The position numbers and the translations under genes are program-made. The notes below the pieces were generated by a model that was given only the letters and a program-made list of their open reading frames with translations, was not told the DNA's origin and did not search any database. Below are positions 55,877 to 64,000 of a stretch of 64,000 nucleotides of DNA, piece after piece. The first letter of the stretch is position 1; each line of letters opens with the position of its first letter. The stretch spans positions 859,548-923,547 of the forward strand of contig OY969569.1 in assembly GCA_963701185.1 (NCBI GenBank). Direction: 5' to 3'. This DNA is from Candidatus Gottesmanbacteria bacterium (GTDB taxonomy: Bacteria > Patescibacteriota > Microgenomatia > UBA10105 > UBA927).

Positions 55877-57055
55877 TCAATGGGCAGAAACCGGCTCATG
55901 TTTGAGGAACCGGGTATAGATAAAAAGCAATACTCCTGAAAAAAGTGCAATCCCGGCGGAGAAGTAGAAGGGCGCGGCGGGGGAAATTTTATCCCACAGT
56001 AATCCCGCAATAAAACTTGCCGGCAGCGTTACGAGTCCCACGAGCGAATTATATAATCCGTACGCTTTTCCCCGGTGTCCCGATGCCACCTGGTCGGCAA
56101 TATATGCCTTTACCACTCCTTCCGTCGTTGCATAATAAATGCCGTAGAGGGCAAACAAGAGCCAGGCCTGATAGCTTTTATTCGCCAGTCCGAATCCGAG
56201 ATACGAGAGCGCGTAAAAAAACCATCCGATGAAGATGACTTTTTCCCGTCCGATTTTATCGGAGAGGCTCCCCAGAGGTATAGAAGCAGATGCGTAGACC
56301 GCATTAAATAATGCATAGACCAGAGGAATGCCAAGGAGGCTGACGCCCAAATTTTGGCTGCGTAAAATCAAAAACGTGTCAGAAGAATTGCCGAGGGAAA
56401 ATATTACTATGATACCCAAAAACAGGAAAAACTTTTTTGGTAATTTCTGTATGTTTTCAAATAATTCCGGATTCTGTACCGGTGCTTCTTTGACAAAAAA
56501 AGATAAGATGCTTAACGTGAAGAGTAATGGAATAGCGGCAATAAAGAAGATGTAATGATATTTGAGGGTGTTATTTTTTAATACATATAAAAGAAAAAAA
56601 AGAATTAAAGGTCCCGCAACAGATCCGAGCGTATCCAATGCCCGGACAATACCGAATCCTTTCCCGCGTGAGGTGACTTGTGTTGAATCGGCAATGAGCG
56701 CATCTTTCGGAGAATCTTTGACACCTTTTCCGACGCCGTCCAAAAAACGTAAACCCATAACTCCGATTCCGGATGTGGTGATGGCCAAAAGCGGTCGGCT
56801 TATAAATGAAAGGAGATATCCGGCAAATACAATAGGTTTGTTTTTTCTCAATTTGTCCGACAATAATCCTGCAACAATCCGGAAAACGCTGGCGCTGCTG
56901 GTGACCAACCCTTCAGTAAGGCCGATAAATGCTTTGTCAAAATGAAGGACGTTGGCAAGATACAATGGTAGTACCGGAACAAAAATATCCTGGCTGATCC
57001 CGCCGAAGAAACTTAACAGTCCGATATAAAAGACATTAGAAAACCGTTTTTTCAC
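55877..57055 (-). CDS. MFS transporter
   Basis: 12-TM topology. Confidence 0.6.
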   Translation of the reverse strand: MKKRFSNVFYIGLLSFFGGISQDIFVPVLPLYLANVLHFDKAFIGLTEGLVTSSASVFRIVAGLLSDKLRKNKPIVFAGYLLSFISRPLLAITTSGIGVMGLRFLDGVGKGVKDSPKDALIADSTQVTSRGKGFGIVRALDTLGSVAGPLILFFLLYVLKNNTLKYHYIFFIAAIPLLFTLSILSFFVKEAPVQNPELFENIQKLPKKFFLFLGIIVIFSLGNSSDTFLILRSQNLGVSLLGIPLVYALFNAVYASASIPLGSLSDKIGREKVIFIGWFFYALSYLGFGLANKSYQAWLLFALYGIYYATTEGVVKAYIADQVASGHRGKAYGLYNSLVGLVTLPASFIAGLLWDKISPAAPFYFSAGIALFSGVLLFIYTRFLKHEPVSAH

Positions 57056-57080
57056 AGGTTGATATATTATAATACATTGT

Positions 57081-57602
57081 ATGATTCCGACAGAAGTACA
57101 GGCGAAAGCATTATGGGAGAAGTATAAACTTCCTCAGCAAAAGCGTATTCATGTCGCGCTGGTTGCCAAAGTTGCGATGGTTTTTGCATCGAAAATTCAG
57201 GTGGATAAAAAATTGCTTTTTGCTGCAGCACTTCTTCATGATATTGATAAGGCAGTGGGAGGAAAACATCCCGAATGTGCGGTTACCATATTGCAGAAAG
57301 AGGGGATGAATGAAGTTGCAGAAATAGTGAAGACACATTCCCTGCATTCAATTCTTGATCCACAAGGATCACCGAAAACATGGGAGCAGAAGCTTTTGTA
57401 TCTCGCGGATAAGATGGTTAAGTATGATATAGTCGGCGTTGATAAACGGTTTGCCGTATGGAATGCGGAAAAGTTGCCGCCCGACGCGCAGAAAATATTG
57501 GACATGAGTTACCCGAAAGTGAAGAAACTGGAACAAGAAGTGCTCAAACTTGCACAAATATCGCTTGATGATATACTAAAGATGAAAGAGGTGCTCATAT
57601 GA
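57081..57602 (+). CDS. HD-domain phosphohydrolase
   Basis: H...HD...D motif (LLHDIDK); TATAAT 7 nt upstream of the ATG. Confidence 0.6.
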   Translation: MIPTEVQAKALWEKYKLPQQKRIHVALVAKVAMVFASKIQVDKKLLFAAALLHDIDKAVGGKHPECAVTILQKEGMNEVAEIVKTHSLHSILDPQGSPKTWEQKLLYLADKMVKYDIVGVDKRFAVWNAEKLPPDAQKILDMSYPKVKKLEQEVLKLAQISLDDILKMKEVLI

Positions 57603-58144
57603 AAAATATTGTTTTGTTTCTTACTACGCTTCTTTTTCCTGTTATGGTTTTTGCCGCGACCGCAACGAGTGCGGGTGAACCAACCGGGTCACCCACGCCC
57701 GCACCGGTCCAATACGAACTTCCGTATCCGGGTATGTTGCCGGATAACCCTCTGTATGTTCTTAAGCAAATTCGAGACTGGATACTCGACAAGATGATTA
57801 CGGATTCCTTGAAGAAGACGGAATTTTATATTCTGCAGGGGGATAAGAGGCTCGCGATGGGGGTCATGCTTTCTTCAAGCGGGAATAGCAGGCTTTCGGA
57901 ACAAATAATCTCCAAGGGGGAGAAGTATATGAATAATGCGGTGACGACGCTTCTTACGCTCAAGGCGCAGGGGAAAGATGTTCCTGCATATGTGACGGAC
58001 AGGCTGACGCAGTCGCTTGCAAAACACGCAGAAGTGCTTAGGTCTGAGATTGCCAAAACAACAGATGCGTCCATAAAGGCCGGGCTCACAGGATCATTGG
58101 ATTTAGTGAGTACACTTCAAACTCAGGTACAAAAATTAAAATAA
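57599..58144 (+). CDS. Secreted hypothetical protein (DUF5667-like)
   Basis: Signal peptide; PYPGMLPDNPLY motif. Confidence 0.4.
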   Translation: MKNIVLFLTTLLFPVMVFAATATSAGEPTGSPTPAPVQYELPYPGMLPDNPLYVLKQIRDWILDKMITDSLKKTEFYILQGDKRLAMGVMLSSSGNSRLSEQIISKGEKYMNNAVTTLLTLKAQGKDVPAYVTDRLTQSLAKHAEVLRSEIAKTTDASIKAGLTGSLDLVSTLQTQVQKLK

Positions 58145-58225
58145 TTTTCCCCGTACTTTTTCCTCATCAACGGATCAGCAGCTTCATAGGAAAATGTTGC
58201 ATATTTTTGATATAGAAGTTGCTAG

Positions 58226-58254
58226 TTGACGCTCTCCATTTAGTGTCTTAGTAT
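58226..58254 (+). promoter_or_regulatory. Sigma-70 promoter, TTGACG-17 nt-TAGTAT, for the nrdR-nrdJ operon
   Basis: Both hexamers read directly; about 95-nt leader to the nrdR ATG. Confidence 0.5.
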
Positions 58255-58350
58255 GATTTTGAGCACCACATATAGCGTTTTATATTTCATTCGTGAAAAG
58301 AGAGCACACGTATTTATTGACTCCTTGAAAATTTAATAAAAGCGTTTATA

Positions 58351-58809
58351 TTGGAAAGTCCGATGAAGTGTCCGTATTGTAATTTTGATAATACTGATGT
58401 TATTGAAACGCGCGACAGCGAAGACTTGTCAGTGACGAGGCGCAGACGTACATGCACGAAATGTGAAAAGCGGTTTACGACGTATGAGCGGGTGGAATCG
58501 GTGCCGATTACGGTCGTCAAAAAAGATGAACGCAGGGAAACATTTGACCGGGAGAAACTGAAACGGGGTATCTGGAGGGCAAGCGGAAAAACAACCATTA
58601 AGGCGGCGGACGTAGATCGGATTGTCGATGAGGTGGAGCGGGAACTCATCGCCGGAGACACAACCGAGGTGCCCAGTAAAAAGATCGGAGAGCTGGTTGC
58701 CCGGCGTCTGAAAAAATTAGACAAACTTGCGTACATCCGGTTTGCAAGCGTGTTCAGACAGTTTGTGGATATAGAAGATTTTGAAAAAGAAGTAAAGAAA
58801 CTGTTATAA
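58351..58809 (+). CDS. nrdR: Transcriptional repressor NrdR
   Basis: MKCPYCN...CTKC zinc ribbon, then ATP-cone. Confidence 0.9.
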   Translation: MESPMKCPYCNFDNTDVIETRDSEDLSVTRRRRTCTKCEKRFTTYERVESVPITVVKKDERRETFDREKLKRGIWRASGKTTIKAADVDRIVDEVERELIAGDTTEVPSKKIGELVARRLKKLDKLAYIRFASVFRQFVDIEDFEKEVKKLL

Positions 58810-58834
58810 CAATTATAAAAATAATAAACTTTAT

Positions 58835-61234
58835 ATGGAATTAACAGGCATCCGTAACACTGTATTTTTAGACCGTTATGCTGTAAAAGATGAGACGGGA
58901 AAACCCGTCGAACAGATCCCTGAAGAAATGTGGCGGCGGGTTTCTCATGCCATTGCCCAATCCGAACATAAAAAAGACCGGGGTTTTTGGGAAGAAAAAT
59001 TCTTCCAAGCCATGCAGGATTTTGCGTTTGTCCCGGGTGGCAGAATTTTATCGGGAGCAGGCACCGGATACAAAGTAACCTTTTATAATTGTTTTGTCAT
59101 TCCTTCTCCTCACGATTCGCGCGGCGGAATTTTGAAAACCCTCTCAAACATGGTGGAAATTATGTCGCGCGGGGGCGGGGTAGGCATCAATCTTTCGAGT
59201 CTGCGGCCCCGCGGGGCACGGGTCAATAAAGTGAACGGGTTTTCTTCCGGTCCGTGTAATTGGGCGGAACTCTTCAGCGTCGCAACCAAAGATATTATCC
59301 AGCAGGGCGGCTCGCGGCGGGGGGCCCTCATGCTTATGCTGTGGGATTGGCATCCGGACATAGAAGAATTTGTCACCGTGAAACAGGATCTGTCCCGCAT
59401 TAACGGCGCCAATCTCTCTGTTTGTGTTTCGGACGCGTTTATGGAAGCAGTGAGGACCGACGCGGATTGGAACTTGGTATTCCCCGACAAAACGGATCCG
59501 GAGTATGACACAAAATGGGATGGATATCTGCCTAATTGGATTAAACTGGGGAAAAAGGTCATTATCAAAAAAACCATCAAAGCGCGTGCGTTGTGGGACC
59601 TCATTGCCACAGCCGCGTGGAAAAGCGCCGAGCCCGGAGTGGTGTTCATGGAGCGGTACAACAAGTGGTTTAACAATTATTATTATGAATATATCAATTG
59701 CGTTAATCCGTGCGGTGAGGAAGGACTACCGAATTGGGGAGTGTGCAACCTCTGTTCGATCAATGTATCAGCATTAGTCAATGATCAGGGGGAAATGGAC
59801 TATAAGAGATTGGCGGATATTGCCAAAACCGGTGTGCGGTTCCAGGACGACGTGATTGACGCGGATTTTTATGTTTTTGATGAAATCCGCAACGTGCAAA
59901 AACAGGGAGAACGGCGTATAGGGTTGGGAACCATGGGGTTGGGCGACGCGCTGATCAAAATGCATCTTCGCTACGGAAGCAAAGAAAGTCTTCCCGTAAT
60001 TGATAAAATCTACAAAATTATCAGGGATGCGGCGTATGAGGCGTCGGTGGAAATCGCTGCGGAGAAAGGGCCGTTTCCTAAAATTCAAATTAAAAAGCAT
60101 TTGGAAGGGTATTTCATCAAGCAGCTGCCGGAATCAGTCCGCAAGGGGATTAAAAAATACGGAATCCGTAATTCGCTTATTTTGCAGCAGGCGCCGACCG
60201 GGAGTACGTCACTGATGGCCGGAGTCTCCAGCGGCATCGAGCCCGTGTACGAATTTGAATTTATCCGCCGGGACAGGCTTGGAGAACATGTGCTCCGGCA
60301 TCCGTTATATGACGCCTGGTGGGATGAATTTAAAAAGACGCACGGGAGAGAGCCTACGCGGGAAGATCGCCCTGCATGGTTTGTATCCGCCAATGATTTG
60401 ACGCCGGAAGATCACGTCTATGTGCAGGCGGCCATTCAAAAATATGTGGATGCCTCCATCAGCAAAACCGTCAATGCTCCGGCCACTCATACGGTTGAGG
60501 ATGTGAAACGCCTGTATACGCTGGCATATGAGCAAGGGTGTAAAGGTATTGCCTACATGCGGGAAGGAAGTAGAGCAGGTGTTCTTACCCGTAAAGAAGA
60601 AAAGAAGGTTGAAGAAGTGAAACAATTGCTTGCGGCGCCGGAAGTAAAACCGAGACCCATGGTCTTGCATGGGTCTACCTACCGAGTGGAGACGCCGGTG
60701 GGAGATGCGTATGTAACGGTCAATACCAACGGCGGCAACCAGCCCGTAGAAATGTTTATCAGTGTCGGGAAGGCGGGCAGTGACGTGACGGCTATGGCTG
60801 AGGCATTGGGGAAAATTATTTCCCTGACGCTTCGCATGGCATCGCCCATTCCGCCGATGGAACGGGCGCATAAAATCGCCTCCATGCTGATCGGTATCGG
60901 AGGGGCGCGCAGTTTAGGATTCGGAGAAAACCGCGTCAGGAGTCTACCCGATGCCATTGCAAAAGTGATCGACCGGCATTTCGGATTTTTCCAGAAGCAC
61001 CGGGTCGATGTGGCTAATGGGAATGGGCATTCTCCGGTAACAGTACAAGAGGCTGTGGCAAAATTAACATCTGCGGTTCCCGTAGCCCCCGTATTTGCCG
61101 AAGAATCCAAGCCGGCGGTTGCCACATCAAAACGAATGGTGACGGTCGATCTATGCCCGAAATGCGGAGAAGCAAGTCTGGTTTTTGAAGAATCCTGCAA
61201 GAAGTGCTACAGTTGCGGCTACTCTGAGTGCTGA
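58835..61234 (+). CDS. nrdJ: Adenosylcobalamin-dependent (class II) ribonucleotide reductase
   Basis: 799 aa monomeric class II architecture; catalytic-Cys blocks; C-terminal CPKCG...CYSCGYSEC zinc ribbon; flanked by nrdR and a B12 adenosyltransferase. Confidence 0.75.
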   Translation: MELTGIRNTVFLDRYAVKDETGKPVEQIPEEMWRRVSHAIAQSEHKKDRGFWEEKFFQAMQDFAFVPGGRILSGAGTGYKVTFYNCFVIPSPHDSRGGILKTLSNMVEIMSRGGGVGINLSSLRPRGARVNKVNGFSSGPCNWAELFSVATKDIIQQGGSRRGALMLMLWDWHPDIEEFVTVKQDLSRINGANLSVCVSDAFMEAVRTDADWNLVFPDKTDPEYDTKWDGYLPNWIKLGKKVIIKKTIKARALWDLIATAAWKSAEPGVVFMERYNKWFNNYYYEYINCVNPCGEEGLPNWGVCNLCSINVSALVNDQGEMDYKRLADIAKTGVRFQDDVIDADFYVFDEIRNVQKQGERRIGLGTMGLGDALIKMHLRYGSKESLPVIDKIYKIIRDAAYEASVEIAAEKGPFPKIQIKKHLEGYFIKQLPESVRKGIKKYGIRNSLILQQAPTGSTSLMAGVSSGIEPVYEFEFIRRDRLGEHVLRHPLYDAWWDEFKKTHGREPTREDRPAWFVSANDLTPEDHVYVQAAIQKYVDASISKTVNAPATHTVEDVKRLYTLAYEQGCKGIAYMREGSRAGVLTRKEEKKVEEVKQLLAAPEVKPRPMVLHGSTYRVETPVGDAYVTVNTNGGNQPVEMFISVGKAGSDVTAMAEALGKIISLTLRMASPIPPMERAHKIASMLIGIGGARSLGFGENRVRSLPDAIAKVIDRHFGFFQKHRVDVANGNGHSPVTVQEAVAKLTSAVPVAPVFAEESKPAVATSKRMVTVDLCPKCGEASLVFEESCKKCYSCGYSEC

Positions 61235-61237
61235 TCT

Positions 61238-61768
61238 ATGCCAATCTACACCCGCACCGGCGATGACGGTACTACTTCCCTTTTCGGTGGCAAGCGCGTT
61301 TTAAAGTGCGAGGAGCTCGTCGACGTGTACGGATCGATTGATGAGCTGAATAGTTGGGTGGGACTTATCAGCACTCAGTCGGAATTTCCTCTTTCACATA
61401 TACAATCAGACCTTCTTACTATCGGCAGTTCCCTCTCGGGCAGTAAAAAAAATCTGACAATGCTTGAAGGGCGAATTACGGACATGGAACAGTACATAGA
61501 TGAGATGGATAAAGAATTGCCGAAGCTTACAAATTTCATTTTACCGGGAGGATCGGAGTTGGCATCACAGATCCATATTGCGCGTAGTATCTGCCGGCGG
61601 GTGGAGCGGCAGGCGGTTGCGCTGTCAAAAAAACAACACCTTGATCCGGTGATCGTAAAGTATCTTAACCGTTTATCTGACTTGCTATTTATGCTTGCGA
61701 GGTTTATAAATAAGCGAGGAAAAGTTAAGGAAATAATTTGGTCAGGTCAAAAGCTCCGAATCCCGTGA
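61238..61768 (+). CDS. PduO-type ATP:cob(I)alamin adenosyltransferase
   Basis: Family-defining N-terminus MPIYTRTGDDGTTSL. Confidence 0.85.
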   Translation: MPIYTRTGDDGTTSLFGGKRVLKCEELVDVYGSIDELNSWVGLISTQSEFPLSHIQSDLLTIGSSLSGSKKNLTMLEGRITDMEQYIDEMDKELPKLTNFILPGGSELASQIHIARSICRRVERQAVALSKKQHLDPVIVKYLNRLSDLLFMLARFINKRGKVKEIIWSGQKLRIP

Positions 61769-61860
61769 AACTCGGGGACTGTACCGCAACTGTAAAGTCA
61801 GATCGCAGGCTTTTGACGCAATGAGCATATCCTTCGGGTGAAAGGAAACGCGGTATCAAA

Positions 61861-61884
61861 CTTCTCACCCGAGAAGTTTTTTTA
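61861..61884 (+). terminator. Intrinsic terminator
   Basis: CTTCTC-ACCC-GAGAAG hairpin followed by TTTTTTT. Confidence 0.6.
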
Positions 61885-61895
61885 TTGTAAAAATT

Positions 61896-63575
61896 ATGGC
61901 TGGATGCAATTGTAATAAAGAAACAGATTTGAAGGCATATCAGGATTTGACGGAAACGCTGAAAACACAGCACTTTGACTGGTCCTCTCCGCAGGTTCGC
62001 AGAGAAGCAGCCAAGATATTTCGACCTCAATACCGGCAAAATGCAGACTCTAGAAGGCAGGAATTATCTGGCGCGAAAGAATACGATGGGACGGATTTTA
62101 CATATAGCGCAGAAGGAGATATCCGTTTTACATATGGAGATGGCTCAATGGGGCTTTTAGAATTTCATGAACGTCAGCTTCGATTAACACCTGAAGCATA
62201 CTCCGAAGCGCAACATCAAACATCATTATTAATCGATCAAGCGTTTCGAAGCGGAGCGACTGAGGTGGTGACGTCATACTTAGAGCCCAGTGGTCAACGC
62301 GATATTGTCGTTATGACGCTCGACCGCGCGACCGGTAAAGGGAAGATGCGCATAATCAATACACTGAACGATCATACGATGCCGGAAATGAGGTCTCTCA
62401 TAAAAAGTAACTTTTCGCATTTATCTGAAATCCGTCCAACAACCAAAGCATTTATCTTAAGCGATAAACCAGTGTCTCGGGAACAAATCCAGCAAAAATT
62501 CATTCTGTTAGACCGGCAGATTCATGCAGTTTTAAAGGAGACAGCCGGCGCTGTAAAAAATACAGTACACGAAATACAATATACCGCGGTATCAGTCGAT
62601 AAATTTATTCATCGACCAGTTGAGAAAATATCAGAAGCACATCTACACATGATCGGCGAATCATTTATTCATCATGTACGGCCGATGTTTGAACATAAAG
62701 AAGATAGAAAAGTTGAAGTATTAGAGGCAAAGAAACATCAAATTAATTTGCTTGATCGTTCACCGGAGAGAGAGGAAAAAAATACTCAGCCTATTCAAAT
62801 ACCATTAGAATCTGATAAAAAAATTAAAAGAGAAAAGTTGAAGCACCAAAGAAGTAAAAAGGAAAATACGGTAGTAGTGCATTTACGCAAATACGACGTT
62901 CGACGAAAAGAAAAGACGTCCATATTCCGGATGAATGAAGGTTTCAACAAGTTGACCAGAAAAGATCAACCTTTGTTCCGCCGAACGGAAAAAGAGATTC
63001 ATGTTAAGGAGACAAAAATATTACGGCATAAAAAACAGAGAAACAAGCAAAAAAAAGAAATATTGTTTCAAAAGTTGGAAAGAAAATTATTTTTGCGTAA
63101 AGAACGAAAGAGTGTCCAAAAGAAAGAAAAAATATTATGGAATACGTTGAAACGATTAGTTCAAAAGGCTGAGCGGCAATTTATATTCAGGAAAATAAAA
63201 CAAAAAGAAAAATTGCAGAAAATCAACACGATAAAAAAAGAAAACAGGATAGTCGTAATACGAAAAGAGCATCAAAAAAAGAAACAGGAAAAACAATACG
63301 TCATTGATTTTTCGGTTGCACTGGTTATTTGGTTTCTTTTGCGCCTGCCGGAAAAACGACCGGATATACGTGTGATTAAACACGAAAAACAAAAAAAACT
63401 TATTGAGAAAGAGTCTTTCCCATGGATCCTTTTTGCCATCATCTGGCATCTTGCGATGATCCGGGAAAGCGGCATGACAACACAGAACAAACCAAAAAAA
63501 GTTAAGAAGAAGCATATACACAATTATCCCCTCCAATTGCCGCCACAAGGGGTAATATTTGCCTTTGCTTCATGA
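61896..63575 (+). CDS. Lys/Glu-rich low-complexity protein with C-terminal TM helices
   Basis: 559 aa; C-terminal third dominated by K/E/R-rich repeats (KKEKILWNTLKRLVQK...), then two TM helices. Confidence 0.35.
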   Translation: MAGCNCNKETDLKAYQDLTETLKTQHFDWSSPQVRREAAKIFRPQYRQNADSRRQELSGAKEYDGTDFTYSAEGDIRFTYGDGSMGLLEFHERQLRLTPEAYSEAQHQTSLLIDQAFRSGATEVVTSYLEPSGQRDIVVMTLDRATGKGKMRIINTLNDHTMPEMRSLIKSNFSHLSEIRPTTKAFILSDKPVSREQIQQKFILLDRQIHAVLKETAGAVKNTVHEIQYTAVSVDKFIHRPVEKISEAHLHMIGESFIHHVRPMFEHKEDRKVEVLEAKKHQINLLDRSPEREEKNTQPIQIPLESDKKIKREKLKHQRSKKENTVVVHLRKYDVRRKEKTSIFRMNEGFNKLTRKDQPLFRRTEKEIHVKETKILRHKKQRNKQKKEILFQKLERKLFLRKERKSVQKKEKILWNTLKRLVQKAERQFIFRKIKQKEKLQKINTIKKENRIVVIRKEHQKKKQEKQYVIDFSVALVIWFLLRLPEKRPDIRVIKHEKQKKLIEKESFPWILFAIIWHLAMIRESGMTTQNKPKKVKKKHIHNYPLQLPPQGVIFAFAS

Positions 63576-63587
63576 TATGATAAGACT

Positions 63588-63962
63588 ATGAATGACCTGC
63601 CTGTCCCCGTACAGGGGACGAGTCCGTCCATTAATAAAGAACAGGAAACCGGAGGAATAGGTGCTGATGCTCCGTTTCGTCCGACCGGAGCGGAAACCGA
63701 GATATCGCCGGAAGTAGCCTCATCAGGAGTGAAAGTCCAGCCGACGACTATCCCCATCCCGCCGCCCGTGCAACAGATGGGCGTACGTCCGGCCGGACAA
63801 AATATTCCTCCGGCGGCACCTGCCGTTACCTTACCGCTATCAGATGATCAGATTGCATTAGGATTAAAACAAAGTGTGTGGAGTTCCTGGCATTGGCTGG
63901 CCCAGTGGTGCGTCCGGAAATTAAAACAAATACACAGGAATTTCACGCGTGTGAGACAATGA
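63588..63962 (+). CDS. Pro-rich hypothetical protein
   Basis: 124 aa ORF. Confidence 0.25.
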   Translation: MNDLPVPVQGTSPSINKEQETGGIGADAPFRPTGAETEISPEVASSGVKVQPTTIPIPPPVQQMGVRPAGQNIPPAAPAVTLPLSDDQIALGLKQSVWSSWHWLAQWCVRKLKQIHRNFTRVRQ

Positions 63963-64000
63963 TGCTATGCCGACAGAAGCGTTGGATGATTTCTACAGAA

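Noticed and set aside
58255-58350. NrdR-box palindromes in the nrdR leader (CACCACATATAGCG, AGCACACG)
   Set aside because: Only weak partial matches to the ACACnAnATnTnGTGT-type consensus as I recall it; not callable without a PWM scan
61769-61860. Possible cobalamin riboswitch downstream of the adenosyltransferase gene
   Set aside because: No recognisable B12-box (GCCACTG-like) or conserved riboswitch core; only small hairpins and a terminator
1-64000. CRISPR arrays, rRNA genes, IS elements with terminal inverted repeats
   Set aside because: None seen: no regularly spaced 25-40-bp repeats, no rRNA-like conserved blocks, no transposase ORFs

Overview
The window is a chromosomal segment with roughly 50% GC, about 85% coding. 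Gene content points to a reduced-genome bacterium of the Patescibacteria/CPR type; that assignment is inference from gene content, not a database result. The evidence is a dnaG-rpoD operon, a tandem pair of class A PBPs, a compact type IV pilus locus, a GapN-like ALDH, nrdR with B12-dependent nrdJ and a PduO-type adenosyltransferase, typA, guaA, and many small membrane or secreted proteins of unknown function. Seven tRNA genes are present: Ser-GCT, Ser-UGA, Ser-CGA, Ser-GGA, two Arg, and one Asn. Each has its own TATAAT box 9-18 bp upstream.

Three things stand out. First, the tRNA-Asn(GUU) gene at 18377-18630 is split in its anticodon loop by a hairpin-rich insertion of about 179 nt with group I intron hallmarks. 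Second, an AT-rich island of about 6.2 kb (376-6621) lies directly 3' of the tandem tRNA-Ser genes. It carries a large serine recombinase, a protein with a C-terminal HEPN-like Rx4H motif, and an overlapping three-gene operon whose first product is a membrane-anchored HExxH protein. The island is subdivided by three degenerate copies of the tRNA-Ser 3' end with core TCTCCGCC, at 4838-4864, 5603-5674 and 6550-6621. This suggests serial integration into a tRNA-Ser att site and a candidate undescribed cargo system. Third, further AT-rich insertions lie next to tRNA-Asn (an AlbA_2/Schlafen-like ATP-binding protein) and at 43172-44650.

No rRNA genes or CRISPR arrays were seen. All protein calls rest on motifs read from the ORF translations, not on searches.
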